Below, in pieces: positions 48,093 through 60,242 of a stretch of 64,000 nt of DNA (position 1 is the first letter of the stretch; each line of letters opens with the position of its first letter). The notes beneath the pieces are model-generated. The model did no database searches. It was given only the letters and a program-made list of their open reading frames with translations, and was not told the DNA's origin. Location of the stretch: NCBI GenBank assembly GCA_977018835.1, contig OZ361260.1:1240001-1304000 (forward strand). The letters are read 5' to 3'. Position numbers and translations under genes: made by a program. The DNA comes from Minutocellus sp. GHC0000111. Its lineage: Eukaryota.

Positions 48093-49331
48093 CTACACCC
48101 ACTCAATCGGCTCCTTCAAAATCTTCATCAATCGTTTCTCCTCGCTGCCATCTTCAATCTTGTGATTATATTCCCAAGCGATAAGTGGCGGGGCCGAGAC
48201 CATTACGCCCTCAACCCTGGGATTGCTGTTTGCCAGCCCAAATTTGACCCCTCGGTCGTATAACAGGTTGAATTTCAAGTATCTTCCTCTCCGAAGAAGC
48301 TGCCACTCTCTCTGCTGATCGGTATAATCCAAATTCTTTCGTCGCTCTACGATTGGCAACCAGCTTGGCAACCAACTCTCCGCCATGGCTTTCGTAAACG
48401 CCAGTGTATTCTCCATTGCTGGCATATCATCATAGAATGATCCACCAACTCCACGATGCTCCTGTCTCGCTGGTAAAAAGAAATATTCGTCGCATGCCTT
48501 CTTCATCCCTGCATAATTGAAGGTATCGGCAAACTCGGCACCGGGCGGAAAGTAGGAATCGCAAAGCTCCTTCTGCTTAGAGTGGAACTCCTTGATGTCA
48601 TCGTCAAAGAGATAGTAGGGAGTCAGATCTGCACCGCCACCAAACCAAGCCGAAGTCGATCCACTCTTTTCCGATCGAACGAGAAATACCCTAATATCGC
48701 TCCGAAACGTCGGCACGAGTGGCGATCGAGTGTGCAACACAATACTCAAAGCTGCTGCACTGTATATGTCACCCTCCTTGACATTGGCATTGTCGTTGCG
48801 TCCACTGATTGCCTTGGCTCGCTCGGCCGTCAACTTTCCCCTCTGGATGAGAGTAAGACTGCACGCACCCTTCTCAATGACGTTGCCTTTTTGAATGACA
48901 CGTGTGATACCGCCCGATCCCGTCTCGGGTGTGATTTCATCCGAATAGGAGAGTTCTGTTAGCGCGCCCCAGCGATCTTCCGTAAACTTTTCGCCTGATC
49001 CGTCCACTGATTCCAATTCGGATATGATCCCTTTTTGCGTCGTCTGCAGAAAGTTGGCAAAGTCATTGAAGATGTCGTCATGGCTTGGACTTGTAGCAGC
49101 GGAGAGCTTACTGGACGATGTTTGGGCTTGGTGAGAAACATGCGACAGCTGACCAACAGAAGAAAATGCAGATATTGGAGAAACCAATGCAAGGAGAATG
49201 GTGCAGCACACTGACGCCATTGGCAATTGCGACGAGCTCATAGTAGCAGAAGAAAATGCAGACGTTTGGGGAAGCGATGCAAGGAGAATGGTGCAGCATG
49301 CAGCCGCTAGTTGCAGCGGCGAAGTTCTCAT
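48093..49331 (-). CDS. hemF: Oxygen-dependent coproporphyrinogen III oxidase, plastid-targeted
   Basis: VIEKG, WFGGGADLTP, CDEYF..RQEHRGVGG, QLLRRGRYLKFNLLYDRGVKFGL. Confidence 0.9.
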   Translation of the reverse strand: MRTSPLQLAAACCTILLASLPQTSAFSSATMSSSQLPMASVCCTILLALVSPISAFSSVGQLSHVSHQAQTSSSKLSAATSPSHDDIFNDFANFLQTTQKGIISELESVDGSGEKFTEDRWGALTELSYSDEITPETGSGGITRVIQKGNVIEKGACSLTLIQRGKLTAERAKAISGRNDNANVKEGDIYSAAALSIVLHTRSPLVPTFRSDIRVFLVRSEKSGSTSAWFGGGADLTPYYLFDDDIKEFHSKQKELCDSYFPPGAEFADTFNYAGMKKACDEYFFLPARQEHRGVGGSFYDDMPAMENTLAFTKAMAESWLPSWLPIVERRKNLDYTDQQREWQLLRRGRYLKFNLLYDRGVKFGLANSNPRVEGVMVSAPPLIAWEYNHKIEDGSEEKRLMKILKEPIEWV

Positions 49332-49537
49332 GGTGGTTGAGGGCTTGCTTGCTGAGCCGAAGTGCGTTTTGCTCGGGAAAAGCAAAACTGCATACGTTGG
49401 TCGATTTTTTGAAGTCGATCCTCTGATGAGGGACAGACCAATACAAAAATTTGATGACGACCTTCGTCATCGTCACGGTCGTCATTTGTGAGAATAAGTG
49501 CATTGGCGCATCGTTTGTGCCAAAATCATTTGAAAAT

Positions 49538-50994
49538 ATGCATCGATTAGTTGCGGTAGTTTCACTTCTTTCGGCACATCATGTCCTGTCCTTTTCTCCC
49601 GGGGCATTATTTTCATCAACAAAACAACGAAATTCTCAAAACCGTCACCATGCGGTACCAAAGCCATTCTTTGCCGATATCGTCGAAGTAGAGGAGGAGG
49701 AAGTTGAAAGCACCGACAAATCGAGCAAGACAGTTTGTGTAGCTGGTGCTACTGGGTACATCGGGCGTGCCGTGGTGGCCGAATGCGTCAATCAGGGATA
49801 CAATACAATCGCACTTGTAAGAAATGCTACCTACGTTACATCCACGGAGGACGGACAAGATCGATATGCCGAATCTTTCAAAGGTGCACAAGTCCTCGAA
49901 GCCGATGTCGAAGATGCCACCGAATTGACCAACTTGATTGCACAAGTCGCCGAAGAGAGTGGTAAGACAGTCGAGAGCATCATTTCCTGCTTGGCCAGCC
50001 CCACTGGTACAAAGCGTGAGGCCTATGCCATTGATTATCAAGCCACACTCAACTGTCTGAATGCCGGCCGTGACGAGCGCATTCAGGCCAAGCACTTTGT
50101 ACTGCTCAGCGCATTTTGCTGCCGCAATCCTCTGCTGCAGCTTCAGCAAGCCAAACTAAAGTTTGAGGCGGAAATGGCGGCACAGACTGATATGACGTGG
50201 ACATCCGTCCGTCCAACTGCATTCTTCAAATCAGTTAGTGGTCAGCTGGAGGCGATACGTGGCGGTGCACCATATGTCTTGTTTGGTGATGGAGCCGTAA
50301 CGCAGTGCAATCCTATCGCAGAGAGTGAGCTTGCCGAGTACATGGTGAACACCATTACTGATACCGAGAAGCACGGAAAGATCTTAAATATTGGAGGACC
50401 CGACCAGCCGCTGACTAACCAAATGCTGGGAGAAATGATGTACAAGAGTCTTGGAATGGAACCCAAGTTTGTTTATGCCACAACTGGTTTGTTTGATCCC
50501 ATCATCAATACGTTGCAATGGATTGCTGAAAAGACTGGCGAGGAAAAATGGCTCGATGCTGCAGAGACAGCGAGGATAGGACGGTACTATGCTGTGGTAA
50601 GTTCAAGATGGCAGGTGTATGAGACGCTCTTGTTTGGTTGCCTCTCTACTACTTTCATTTTTTTACACCAGCTATCCACTCCTCACACCATTCTTGCCTT
50701 GCTCCAACATATAATAACGTGAAGGAGGACATGTTAACGACGGCTCCTCATGAGAAATATGGAACGATCACAATGCAGGATCATTATGATAAAATTGCAG
50801 AAGAGGGACAAGACAAATTTACACCCGTGAGGGCAACGGCGGTCATTGGAAAGTGGTTGGAATCCTTTCCGCTGATAGCAGCTGGTCACGTTCCGCTTTT
50901 TGGATATTTGTCCAATCCCAAGGCAGTCGAAACGATGGTGGAAACTTCCGGATTTGATCTTGGTTTTATCGTTGCGAGCACTCATACAATGTAA
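49538..50994 (+). CDS. DVR: NADPH-dependent divinyl (proto)chlorophyllide 8-vinyl reductase; intron 50597-50724
   Basis: [52 protein letters not shown]+F presequence. Confidence 0.85.
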
Positions 50995-51355
50995 CATTGT
51001 GCTTTGATGATGATCGGCAGATGAGCTCGGAGATGAGACAGATTTGCTGTCCAGCGCTACTAGATATCTAGATATTGCATTTAAGCGTCTATTTATAATT
51101 CAAAGATACGTAAGAGCGATGCTTTGAATGCATGAAAGCCCTGCCTGTCTCTCCAACCAAAGGGCCAGAGCCTCCCGAAATAATCTGCTTGCATACTTCT
51201 GTCGTCACCTCAAAGACGTGTCGGTCGCTGGTCCCGTCGCGAGCCGGCCTCGCCACCAACGTCGGCCCCAGCCAAAATGAGGCCAACCGACGGCATTGGC
51301 AGTTGGTCCGGACAACGCGTGTTGTGTGTATCTGTGCAATAAAGCATAACTAACC

Positions 51356-52455
51356 ATGGTCTGGGCACCCACAGCACCCGAGCTGGACTGCGTCCGGCAG
51401 AACAATGCCGGAAGCTACTACGAGGACCTCACCTGCGTGTATCCGGCACTGCAAAAATTTTACATGCCGTAAGTTTTCAGTTCGCCGAGGAGGGACAGAC
51501 ACGTGTTTTGCTCCTTTGCAATTCTGGGTTTGGCTACCGCCCCCCCGACAAATGCAGCTGGGCAGCGCCATGTTACAGATAAATATCACATTTTTGCCAT
51601 ATATTTCACCATATCTTTGACATTGTTCTTCTTCTTTCATGAACCAGATGGGAGATCAACTACGACCCCGTGCCGGTAAGAGATTGGACGCAGAACAATC
51701 CCATCGTCCCGATCATCGCGTGCGTGTTGTATGCCGTCCTCATCGTTTGCGGCCGGGCCTACTTTGACGGCCGTCAGCCATTGTCGTGGCGCCGCACTCT
51801 GGCCATGTGGAACTTCAGTCTGAGTCTGTTCTCCTTTATCGGTATGATCCGCACGGCACCGCAGCTTGCCCACAACCTCTACCACATGACCCTGCGGGAT
51901 AACATCTGCAACAATCCCGAAAGTCAGTTCGGTTCTGGTTCGACCGGATTTTGGGTCCAGGTGTTTTGCTTGAGTAAATTCCCCGAGCTGATCGATACCT
52001 TCTTCATTGTCATTCACAAGAAGCCACTGATCTTTCTGCATTGGTACCATCACATCACCGTCCTGCTCTACTGCTGGCACTCGTATGCCTCGACCAGTCC
52101 CACCGGTCTTTGGTTTGTATGTATGAACTACGCTGTTCACTTTATCATGTACGGATACTACTTCCTCATGGCCATGAGGCTGAAGCCCAAGTGGTTCAAT
52201 GCCATTTGGATTACCGTGGCACAAATCTCACAAATGGTCGTCGGTGTGGCCATTACCATCCTTGCCTTTTACTATTACGAGGAGAAGGGACCGGAGGCCG
52301 AGAATCCCTGCTGGGTCCAAAAGGAGAACAACGTCGCCGCGTGCATCATGTATGGCTCGTATTTGTTCCTCTTTGCCAGTTTCTTCGTCGGAAGGTATTT
52401 CGGTGTTAAGATCGATACTGGAGTGTCTAGCAAGGACAAGAAGAAGAAGGCTTAG
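51356..52455 (+). CDS. Fatty-acid elongase (ELO family, ELOVL6-like); intron 51469-51647
   Basis: SKFPELIDT, LHWYHH, MNYAVHFIMYGYY, QISQM; di-lysine C-terminus. Confidence 0.9.
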
Positions 52456-52773
52456 AAATATTTTTCTTGTCGGAAGTTATGCTTTGTCGGGATAACAAAA
52501 ATAGAATCGTATGCCATGAAGGCGATACTCTATTTGTACGTGGTGACGAAGACTTGAAGCGTCGCATGTTCATACTCTATTCACTTGGTCTCTATAGTTT
52601 TTACTCTGTCGTACGTTGTGCCCGTCCGCCGGCCCGCTTGAGCTTGCGTGGGCTAAAAATAACAAGACAAAAGGTAGATCTACGTGTAGGACCAACTCCG
52701 TTGACAAACCTCCACTTCTTCCCCGCCCTTTTTCATACCGGTCAGATGCAACATGCTACATCCGGAAGTGACT

Positions 52774-54064
52774 TTAGCTGGCCTCATCCAAATAGTCCTG
52801 AATCTGCTCGGGGGTCAGGACACGGAACTTGCCGTCGGTCTTGGAGACGATGCCCACCTCGATGTTTTCCGACGTCATTTCACCCTCGAAACCCTCCCGA
52901 AGAGTGAGGAGGGCGGTGTGGACGGCATCCTCGAGCTCCATGTCGTCCTGGTAGCGCTTCTCCAAGAAGGCCTTGGCATTCAAGTAGTTCTTGCCGATGG
53001 CGGTGGCCTTCCAACCGAAGTAGGCACCGGAGGGATCGACCTGATAGAGCTTGGGGGTTCCGTCGGCATCCAGACCGGCCATGAGGAGACTGACTCCGAA
53101 CGGACGGACACCACCGCTTTGGGTGTACTCCTGCATGAGGGAGGCGGTGGACTTGACACGCTGGGTGATGGGCTTGGGCTCGCGATACTGGCGGTAGTAC
53201 GTCTGGGCCGACTTGCGGGCGTTGCGGACTGTGCAGGGGGATGGTAGCAGGTAGAGAGGGTAAAAGAGAGGGGAAGGGGAGAGAGTGAAGTGCGAGGGTG
53301 AGGGTGCGGTTTGAGTTAGAAGGAATGGGCTCTTGAGATCTGCGCTGGGCCGGCTTAGTAAGCAAGTCGTTTCATTGTATGTATGTGCGCGTTCCGATGC
53401 GCATATCAACGAATGCGGGCGGCCAGATATACCATCCGTCTTTGATCACTTTATCGCTCCATTATGATCCGACCAGCACACCCGCCATGATCAGCCCTTC
53501 CGAATCAAATACATCGACCAGTAATTGAATCGCCTCTATATTCTTCCAATTCTTATCACAATTGACCTCCGACTCTTGTCTCTTACTGCGGATCGACTTC
53601 ACCTCAGGATAAGCCGACCTTGAACGATGATATGTGCCGCACAGTCCAGATACGAGCTGAGTTCCAAGTCGGATTTTGTACCAGACCGCTAGCTAGCACG
53701 CCGAGTGATGAAAACAATACTAACATGCATCACACATCGAACTTCCTTAAGCAACATCCCAGACATCCCCAACAATACAAGCCAAAAACTCACCGAGGAC
53801 GCGGTAGTCCGGTCCGACACCGCTGTAGACCATGCCGGAGCCACCCCCGGCGGTCTCCCCGACGCTTTCGACCTTGGAAACTTGGGCGGTATCCACGAGA
53901 CTGCTGGCGAGTTTCTTGTCGGTGGCAATTACCACACCATCCTTGGCGGCAATGCCCAGAGACGTGCGGCCATTGGCCACGGCATTCAGGGCGTACTCGA
54001 TCTGAAGGAGCTTGCCGGTGCGGGAGAAGGTGGTGAGCGAAAACGAGTAGGCCGAGTCACCCAT
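52774..54064 (-). CDS. PSMA2: 20S proteasome subunit alpha-2; intron 53229-53793
   Basis: [21 protein letters not shown]...GPDYRVL|VRNARK...[16 protein letters not shown]. Confidence 0.95.
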
Positions 54065-54490
54065 GGTTCACAAAAAATGATGTGTCGGTGAAAGTACTAT
54101 CTACTAAATAAACCCCCTTGTCTATCCAGCTATCGGTCTGTTTGATTGAGGGTATCTTTGCTGATCAAAAGCAAGAGCAAGAGCGGCAGACACCAGCAGC
54201 GAGATGTTGATTATTGGAAGGCAAGAGAGAGCTCAGCTCAGGAGGGCGGAGAGAGATGAGGGGTTTGTTTTATAAGGGCGGGAACAAATACGAAATCAGG
54301 GGAACTTTGAACCAAAAAGGGGGAATTCACAAAAAACCAGCACATCTCGTGCTGATTTTTTGTTCAGCCAAAGATACCGACGAATGGGGCGGAGAAACGC
54401 AGGATCAAGCTGAAGAATCGCACTTATCAAGCACGCAGCTGAGCCTTTACATATTTGTTCTACAAAAAGTTTGAAGTGCTAGTGTCGAAA

Positions 54491-55732
54491 ATGACGAGCA
54501 CAATGTCAACAAGAAGCGTTCCCCTCGTCATCATTATTTTTGCTTGTTCATTCCTCATCCAACCAGCTCGCGGATTTGCCGCATGGTTAGCCGAGGGAGC
54601 CAAATGCTGGACCGATTTGGACCCCTCCGAGGTCATCATGAACAATGCCGTCGTGCCCTACTCGGATTCGTCCTATAAAAACATTGCCATCCATGTTTAT
54701 GCGGCCGATGAACCGACAAGAATGGTGGAGCCAACCAAAATTACGACTGCCGAGGGCGCACAACAATTGATTTACGTGCAGGATGGACCACGGGCCGAAT
54801 ATACACTCAAACTGCACATCCCGCCCGACGATTTGAAGGGAGGTGCATTGGGGGATTTGCAGTACGTCATGGATGTTAGCCTGTCCAGTCCTTCCGAATT
54901 CAGTGGTGGGAATCGTGGATGCGACAATCGCCGAGCGCATGGACGACGAACGGATACGGTTCGGTTAAAGGTAGACTTTGATGGGCCAGCCGCCGATGAG
55001 ACCGATGCCGGTGACGATGTCAAGGTGTGGGCCGGTTGGGCCACGGGACACGAGGCCGTCGTGCTGACTGAGGCCGTCGTATTCATGCAGAAGAAAGATT
55101 TGCCATCGGCCGATAAAGCGGCAGCTGGACATGTGCCAGTGGATGAGGCCGCTGGCACTGCCCACAAAGATACCGTTGAAGTGCCAGAAGATGCTGGCAG
55201 GGCGGCCGCAGCGGACTACGAGGGTGGTGGCAAATCCAAGTCGTTGTCGGACGAAGAGCGCAAAGCAAATGCCAAGGAAAGGTTGGAGGAGATGAGACGG
55301 AATGGCGTCCATCATGTTGATGGTGGTCATGACGGAGACCGAGTTATCGAGGAGCAGATGGGACAGCGCAATGCCAAGCGAAGGAAGAACGATGGAGATG
55401 ATGACGATGATGGCGGTGATGGCGAAGCTACCAACAAGAACAACAAGATGAAGCACAAATACGACAAGCCCAAGAGCCGAGATTCACCCAAAACGCAAAC
55501 CCAAAAGCAAAAGAAGAAATATATCCCGACAGGTCCTCGACCGATCGATGGTGAGGAATCGTCGTTTGGCGCCTTCCGACGAAGATATCACAAGCATGAG
55601 TTGGGATTGCAGCAATTTAGCATGTCTGGTTACTTCGCCGGTTGCATCTTATTGTCAGTGCTTGGCTTGGTTCTGGCAAATTATTCCAAGCTTGCTGAGA
55701 GAAGGCTCCACAAGGGTAGCAGAACATTATAA
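54491..55732 (+). CDS. Type I membrane protein with possible reeler-like ectodomain
   Basis: Signal peptide, globular segment (VKVWAGWATGHEAV), charged linker, C-terminal TM. Confidence 0.6.
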   Translation: MTSTMSTRSVPLVIIIFACSFLIQPARGFAAWLAEGAKCWTDLDPSEVIMNNAVVPYSDSSYKNIAIHVYAADEPTRMVEPTKITTAEGAQQLIYVQDGPRAEYTLKLHIPPDDLKGGALGDLQYVMDVSLSSPSEFSGGNRGCDNRRAHGRRTDTVRLKVDFDGPAADETDAGDDVKVWAGWATGHEAVVLTEAVVFMQKKDLPSADKAAAGHVPVDEAAGTAHKDTVEVPEDAGRAAAADYEGGGKSKSLSDEERKANAKERLEEMRRNGVHHVDGGHDGDRVIEEQMGQRNAKRRKNDGDDDDDGGDGEATNKNNKMKHKYDKPKSRDSPKTQTQKQKKKYIPTGPRPIDGEESSFGAFRRRYHKHELGLQQFSMSGYFAGCILLSVLGLVLANYSKLAERRLHKGSRTL

Positions 55733-55783
55733 CGATTGGAAATACAATTTGTTTATGCATATGGAATTTTGAGTTTATCAAAT

Positions 55784-56611
55784 CTATTGGCACGAACCAT
55801 CGCTCGTCGGCAAAGGCTCCTCCAGGGAACCGTCGAATTTCCCTTTGTAACCCGTGGCCTTCGCCAAGGCTTCCAAAGTCATTTCTCCGCTACCTACCTC
55901 CTTCTTCGATCCAATCTTCCAAGTAGGAAATCCCTCCAGATCTGCCGCTTTGCAAAGCTTGGCATCGTAACCATAACGCTTTGGTGAACATTCCACGTAA
56001 TTGATGTACTGCAAAGCTTCCCTTCCAAACATTTCGCGCTGATTGCGGCAGTGAGGACACCAGTATGCAGCATACAGATTGATGTTTTGACTTGACAACC
56101 ACTTGGCCAATTCGACGGCCTGAGGCGTTGACTCTCTTCGTACTCGGCCGGGCACATAAACGGTATCACCAGCACGATTCTGCACGGGAAAGTAACCCAT
56201 CTCCTCCATCATGATGGCAATCGGAGGTGCGGCATTGGCAGGCTGCGGTGCTGATGAAGACACCAGGGAAGCGGCAGTTGTGCTGGCCAACACAGACAAA
56301 AGTAACGATCGGCGGGAGATAATATCATTGGTGTTTTCTTCGAACTCATTGGAGTCATCGGAAGATGATGATGCACGCAATGTTGTGTCTGCTGTTCTTA
56401 ACGGTTGCATTCTCCTTTTTGCGGGGAGATTCGTCGGAGATAATCCATTGCTCGTTTCTGTTGCTGTGAATGCCTCGCCGCTGGCCACGCATGTCAATAG
56501 GCACGCCAATGCAAAGAGATTCCTGGGCACAGGCATCTTGGCGCGCTTCGGGGAGGGTCTATCCGCGTTAGACGGTGCCGCTCTGGTGGTCTTGGCGGTA
56601 GGCTTCGTCAT
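55784..56611 (-). CDS. Plastid thioredoxin-like protein (VKOR/LTO1 Trx-domain type) with a 25-aa ankyrin-gene-derived N-terminal extension
   Basis: AYWCPHCRNQREMFG..YVEC..GFPTW; SP + GEAF from Met at 56536; RRSLL lumen-type motif. Confidence 0.8.
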   Translation of the reverse strand: MTKPTAKTTRAAPSNADRPSPKRAKMPVPRNLFALACLLTCVASGEAFTATETSNGLSPTNLPAKRRMQPLRTADTTLRASSSSDDSNEFEENTNDIISRRSLLLSVLASTTAASLVSSSAPQPANAAPPIAIMMEEMGYFPVQNRAGDTVYVPGRVRRESTPQAVELAKWLSSQNINLYAAYWCPHCRNQREMFGREALQYINYVECSPKRYGYDAKLCKAADLEGFPTWKIGSKKEVGSGEMTLEALAKATGYKGKFDGSLEEPLPTSDGSCQ

Positions 56612-56689
56612 GGTTCACAGCGGATGAATGAGCTGAAAGTTACCAGTACACCAGTCGCTTCAACAAACCCTTGCTGTTGGTTTTTTTTT

Positions 56690-57895
56690 GTCGTTTTCAC
56701 AAAGGAGCTCGCAAACCAGTAGTGTCTCCACGGACGATCAAGAATCCACAACGAATGCACCCAACTTGCGCCAAACGGCGCTCTATATTATCCCTGGGGA
56801 TAGGGCAGTTCAGTGGTGTGCTACATTTGTCTGTATGGCGTGTTAGGGAGGTGCAATCATGCCTAGAAACAGCTCATTTGTTCTGTTTCGGCAACAAATT
56901 TGGTACATGTTCTTGCAGAATTGTGGCAAAGCTCATCGATAGCCTCTATGCTTTATCATTGTCACTCAGCTATGATATATGAAAGAACATTGAAGCAAAG
57001 TTTCGCAGGTTTTGTCTATTTCTTTGACTTTCGATGGCCACATCACGGCTCGTGGAGGTTGATGACGCGGTTTTCAGCAGCGGTCAAACAGACTGATAGG
57101 ACCGTTATTGCTGCCCAACACATGTCCATGACTGCATCCAATTGCCACCAAACAACGAGTAATAGTACCCAAGGGATAAGTGAAACCAATGGACATGTTG
57201 CTCTTGCCAGCATGAGGAACGAGAGGGGCGGGAGCTACGCGCGAACGGGCCAGAAATCTCCATCGGGGTGGTAATTTCACCAAACATGTGCGTAGAATAT
57301 GTCCATTGATGCCTGATAGCGGCTGTACTTTATTATCATTGCTCAGGTATGGTGTAAGGTTGGAGATTGAAGCAAAGTTTCGCGGGATTTTGTGCAACTC
57401 TTGGTGATTCGTTGGCCATGTGCCCGCTTGTGGAGGTCGACGACATGGTTTTCAGGAGCGGTCTCGCACCTCAATAGAGGCGAAATAGACGACCAAGATA
57501 GGACTATGACTGCACCCAGCCAGCATCAAACGACGAACAACAGCATCCAGGGGGTGAGTGAAAACAAGGGATGTGTTGTCCTTGCCGGTGCGAGGAACAG
57601 GAGGGGCGGGAGCTGCTCGAGAAGAGGCCACAATTTTTGTCCGGGGTGGCCGGGGTGGTACATTCACTAAAAATGGGGGTAGAAATTAGCCATAGCTGCT
57701 GGGTGGGGTGTGTACTTTATCATCATCGCTCAGCTATGGCATAGGGCAAGGAGACAAAACAAAGTTTCGCGGGTTTTCTGTGTGTCTTCCTCTCGCAAGA
57801 GGTGTGTAAACGCTCCGCGGAGGGTGGTCGCGAGATTTTCGGTGCCGTCACGCAGAGGTTTTATGGAGATAGATGAACGACACGGCTGAGCAATA
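56690..57895. repeat. Second array of the ~378-bp repeat, direct copy of 28730-29925
   Basis: Anchors at 56997, 57374 and 57761; colinear similarity such as CAAGAATCCACAACGAATGCACCCAA. Confidence 0.85.
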
Positions 57896-58492
57896 GGTGT
57901 TGTGTCACATCATTTCAACGGAGTACATGTAGAGATGCATGGCCGCGCTTTGATGGAAGTGTCGCAGCCATGCTGCCATTCTTCGCTATTTGGTGACTAC
58001 ATGGTCTGAGAAAAGATGTTCCAATCATTGAGTTGAAACAGTTCCAAATGGCGGCTAGTAGTGTCATTGATGGAGTTGCACGGTAGTGAGAGGGTGTGGG
58101 CTGTAACGAGAGAAGAAAGAGGACGGCATCGATCCGAAAAACGCTGATTTTTTTGGTAGGAAATTCCGTCGAGAGGTGCTAAACTTCATCCATGTCTTGA
58201 TGCTTTGATGAGAATTACGGCGTAGCTAGTAGATAACTAGCTAGCCGCAGTACTTATCATCGCTCCTTGATGATGAGATTGGAAGGCAGGTTGCCTTCGT
58301 AAGATTTTTGTTAGATTTTTTGCTATCCTACTAATAGCTAGCTCAGTCTGCAAATGCTCATGGAGGTTGATGTCCATTTTTTGTGGACAGAGCACAGTAA
58401 CTCCCGAAGGACATCGCCGACCGCGATAATAGCATTATATAAGGCGGCAAATGAGTGTTTTTTCTACGATTGCACTTTGTTTTGTGTTGGAT

Positions 58493-59240
58493 TTATGCAA
58501 ACATGTACTGCGTACTTGGCATGATCATCATCCTTCCGCCATCGTTTGCGGCAATCAACTTGTCTTTCCATTCTTGTTCATTATGTAGCCGTTGCACGTC
58601 CGCAAGTCATGCTCGAAACACCAATGTTTCGGTCTCGCGCCTTTTGGAAGAATTCGCCCAGCTTAAAGACTACTCTTCTCCTTGCACCTTCTGGAAGATC
58701 ACCAGCTCCTCCATCGAGAGGATGAATCATCCTTTGCAAATGCGGGTTTTCACTTATAATTTGCATCACAATCATATTTGTGTCGACGATGTCCATTTCT
58801 CCGTCGATAAATCGGGAACTCACTTGGAGCCTCGCCATGTCGAGATTCCATATCACGGCAATCGATATGCCCAAAGTGACAGGGTCAGTACCAACTCGTG
58901 CGACTTCATCCAGAAAAGCATCGGTCCTCTTGTCCATGCACATCTCCAGTATTTTGTCGCTCGAGATCAGGCCAATGCATGCGAGCGCGACTGGAACCGG
59001 TCCCGGATCGCTCCCTTCCCTCATGGGCGCTACATTCTCGCAGTACGTCTTGCATTCTTGCTTGTGCGGTGCCGCCTTCTTTTTCCATGATGCTGCCTGA
59101 CATTCTCGATTGCAATATACCGCCACCTTGCATTTGGTACATCTGGCCTTGGCACCCTCGGCGCCGCAGTTGAAGCACCCGTTGATCGATTGCATAATCT
59201 CAACCAGAATTTCTGCATCGGGGCTGTCGAACTTTCGTTG
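58493..59240 (-). pseudogene. MYND zinc-finger protein, probably 5'-truncated, possible frameshift near 58590
   Basis: CFNC..RCTKCKVAVYCNRECQ..W..HKQEC; an alternative frame continues LHNEQEWKDKLIAAN...YMFA*. Confidence 0.65.
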
Positions 59241-60242
59241 GCCGAGCGACGAGGCCGGATTCGAGCCGAGGTACAGCTGCGAACTCTGACCAAGGAGGTG
59301 GCGGGAGGCGGCATTACTGGAAGTAGCGACATTTCGTCATCTTCCACCGGCAATGCTTCGTCGGCTGCCGGTCCGGATAATCTTCTCAAATGCATTGGCA
59401 AAGTAGTCTCGCCGTATACAAAGAGAGCTGGAACGCCGAGACAAGGCCAATTGGCCCCATCGGCACGGGGATACATACAACTGTCGATACCAACCCAAAT
59501 GGTGGAGGGGATGGAACTGTATTCTCACTGCTGGGTGCACTTTGCGTTTCATGCCAACACGGATATGGGCAGCAGCAAAAAGACCAAGATACGGCCTCCG
59601 CGCGCACCGACTGGGTGCAAGGTGGGTATGTTGGCGACTAGAAGTCCTCACCGTCCCAACAATTTGGGCCTGAGTTTGGTCAAGGTGGATCGGGTCGACA
59701 GCAAGCAAAAGAGATTATACATTAGTGCTCTTGATCTCGTGAACGGTACTCCTGTCTATGATATCAAACCTGTGATACCGTGGGATCAATGCGATGAGTT
59801 GTCTCTTCCTGATTGGGTGTCCCAAGAGGATGCGTTGGCCAAGGTGGAATTTACCGATGAAGCAAAAGCATCTTTGGAACAATGTGTCAAGAGAGGATAT
59901 CTCAAGCCACTTTATACGGCAGAGAACGATGGGGTGGAAGCTGCATATAGAACACTGTGCGAGGTATTGGCTCAAGATCCTCGTTCGCTCAAGTTTCGGG
60001 GATCAGAATCAAAGAGCGACCCTTATTCTCTCATATTTTGCAAGGTATCGGTTACGTTTGCAGTGGAAAGCATGGAGGAAGGCGTCAAAGTTTTGGATGT
60101 CAGGCAAGCACAAGAAGAACTGGAAGGAGCCTTCTCTGCTGATGGAATTCCATTGCTCGGTGTAAAATTATTATGTTTAAGAAAACTAGTTGCAGCGGCT
60201 ACACCAGATATAGAGTATGCCATAAGTTTCTCTTTTATTTGA
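59241..60242 (+). pseudogene. TRMO: tRNA m6t6A37 methyltransferase (TsaA/TRMO), lacking a start codon
   Basis: ERRGRIRAE, GTPRQG, FHAN, ATRSPHRPNNLGLS, DLVNGTPVYDIKP, QDPR; the first in-frame ATG is inside the domain. Confidence 0.8.
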
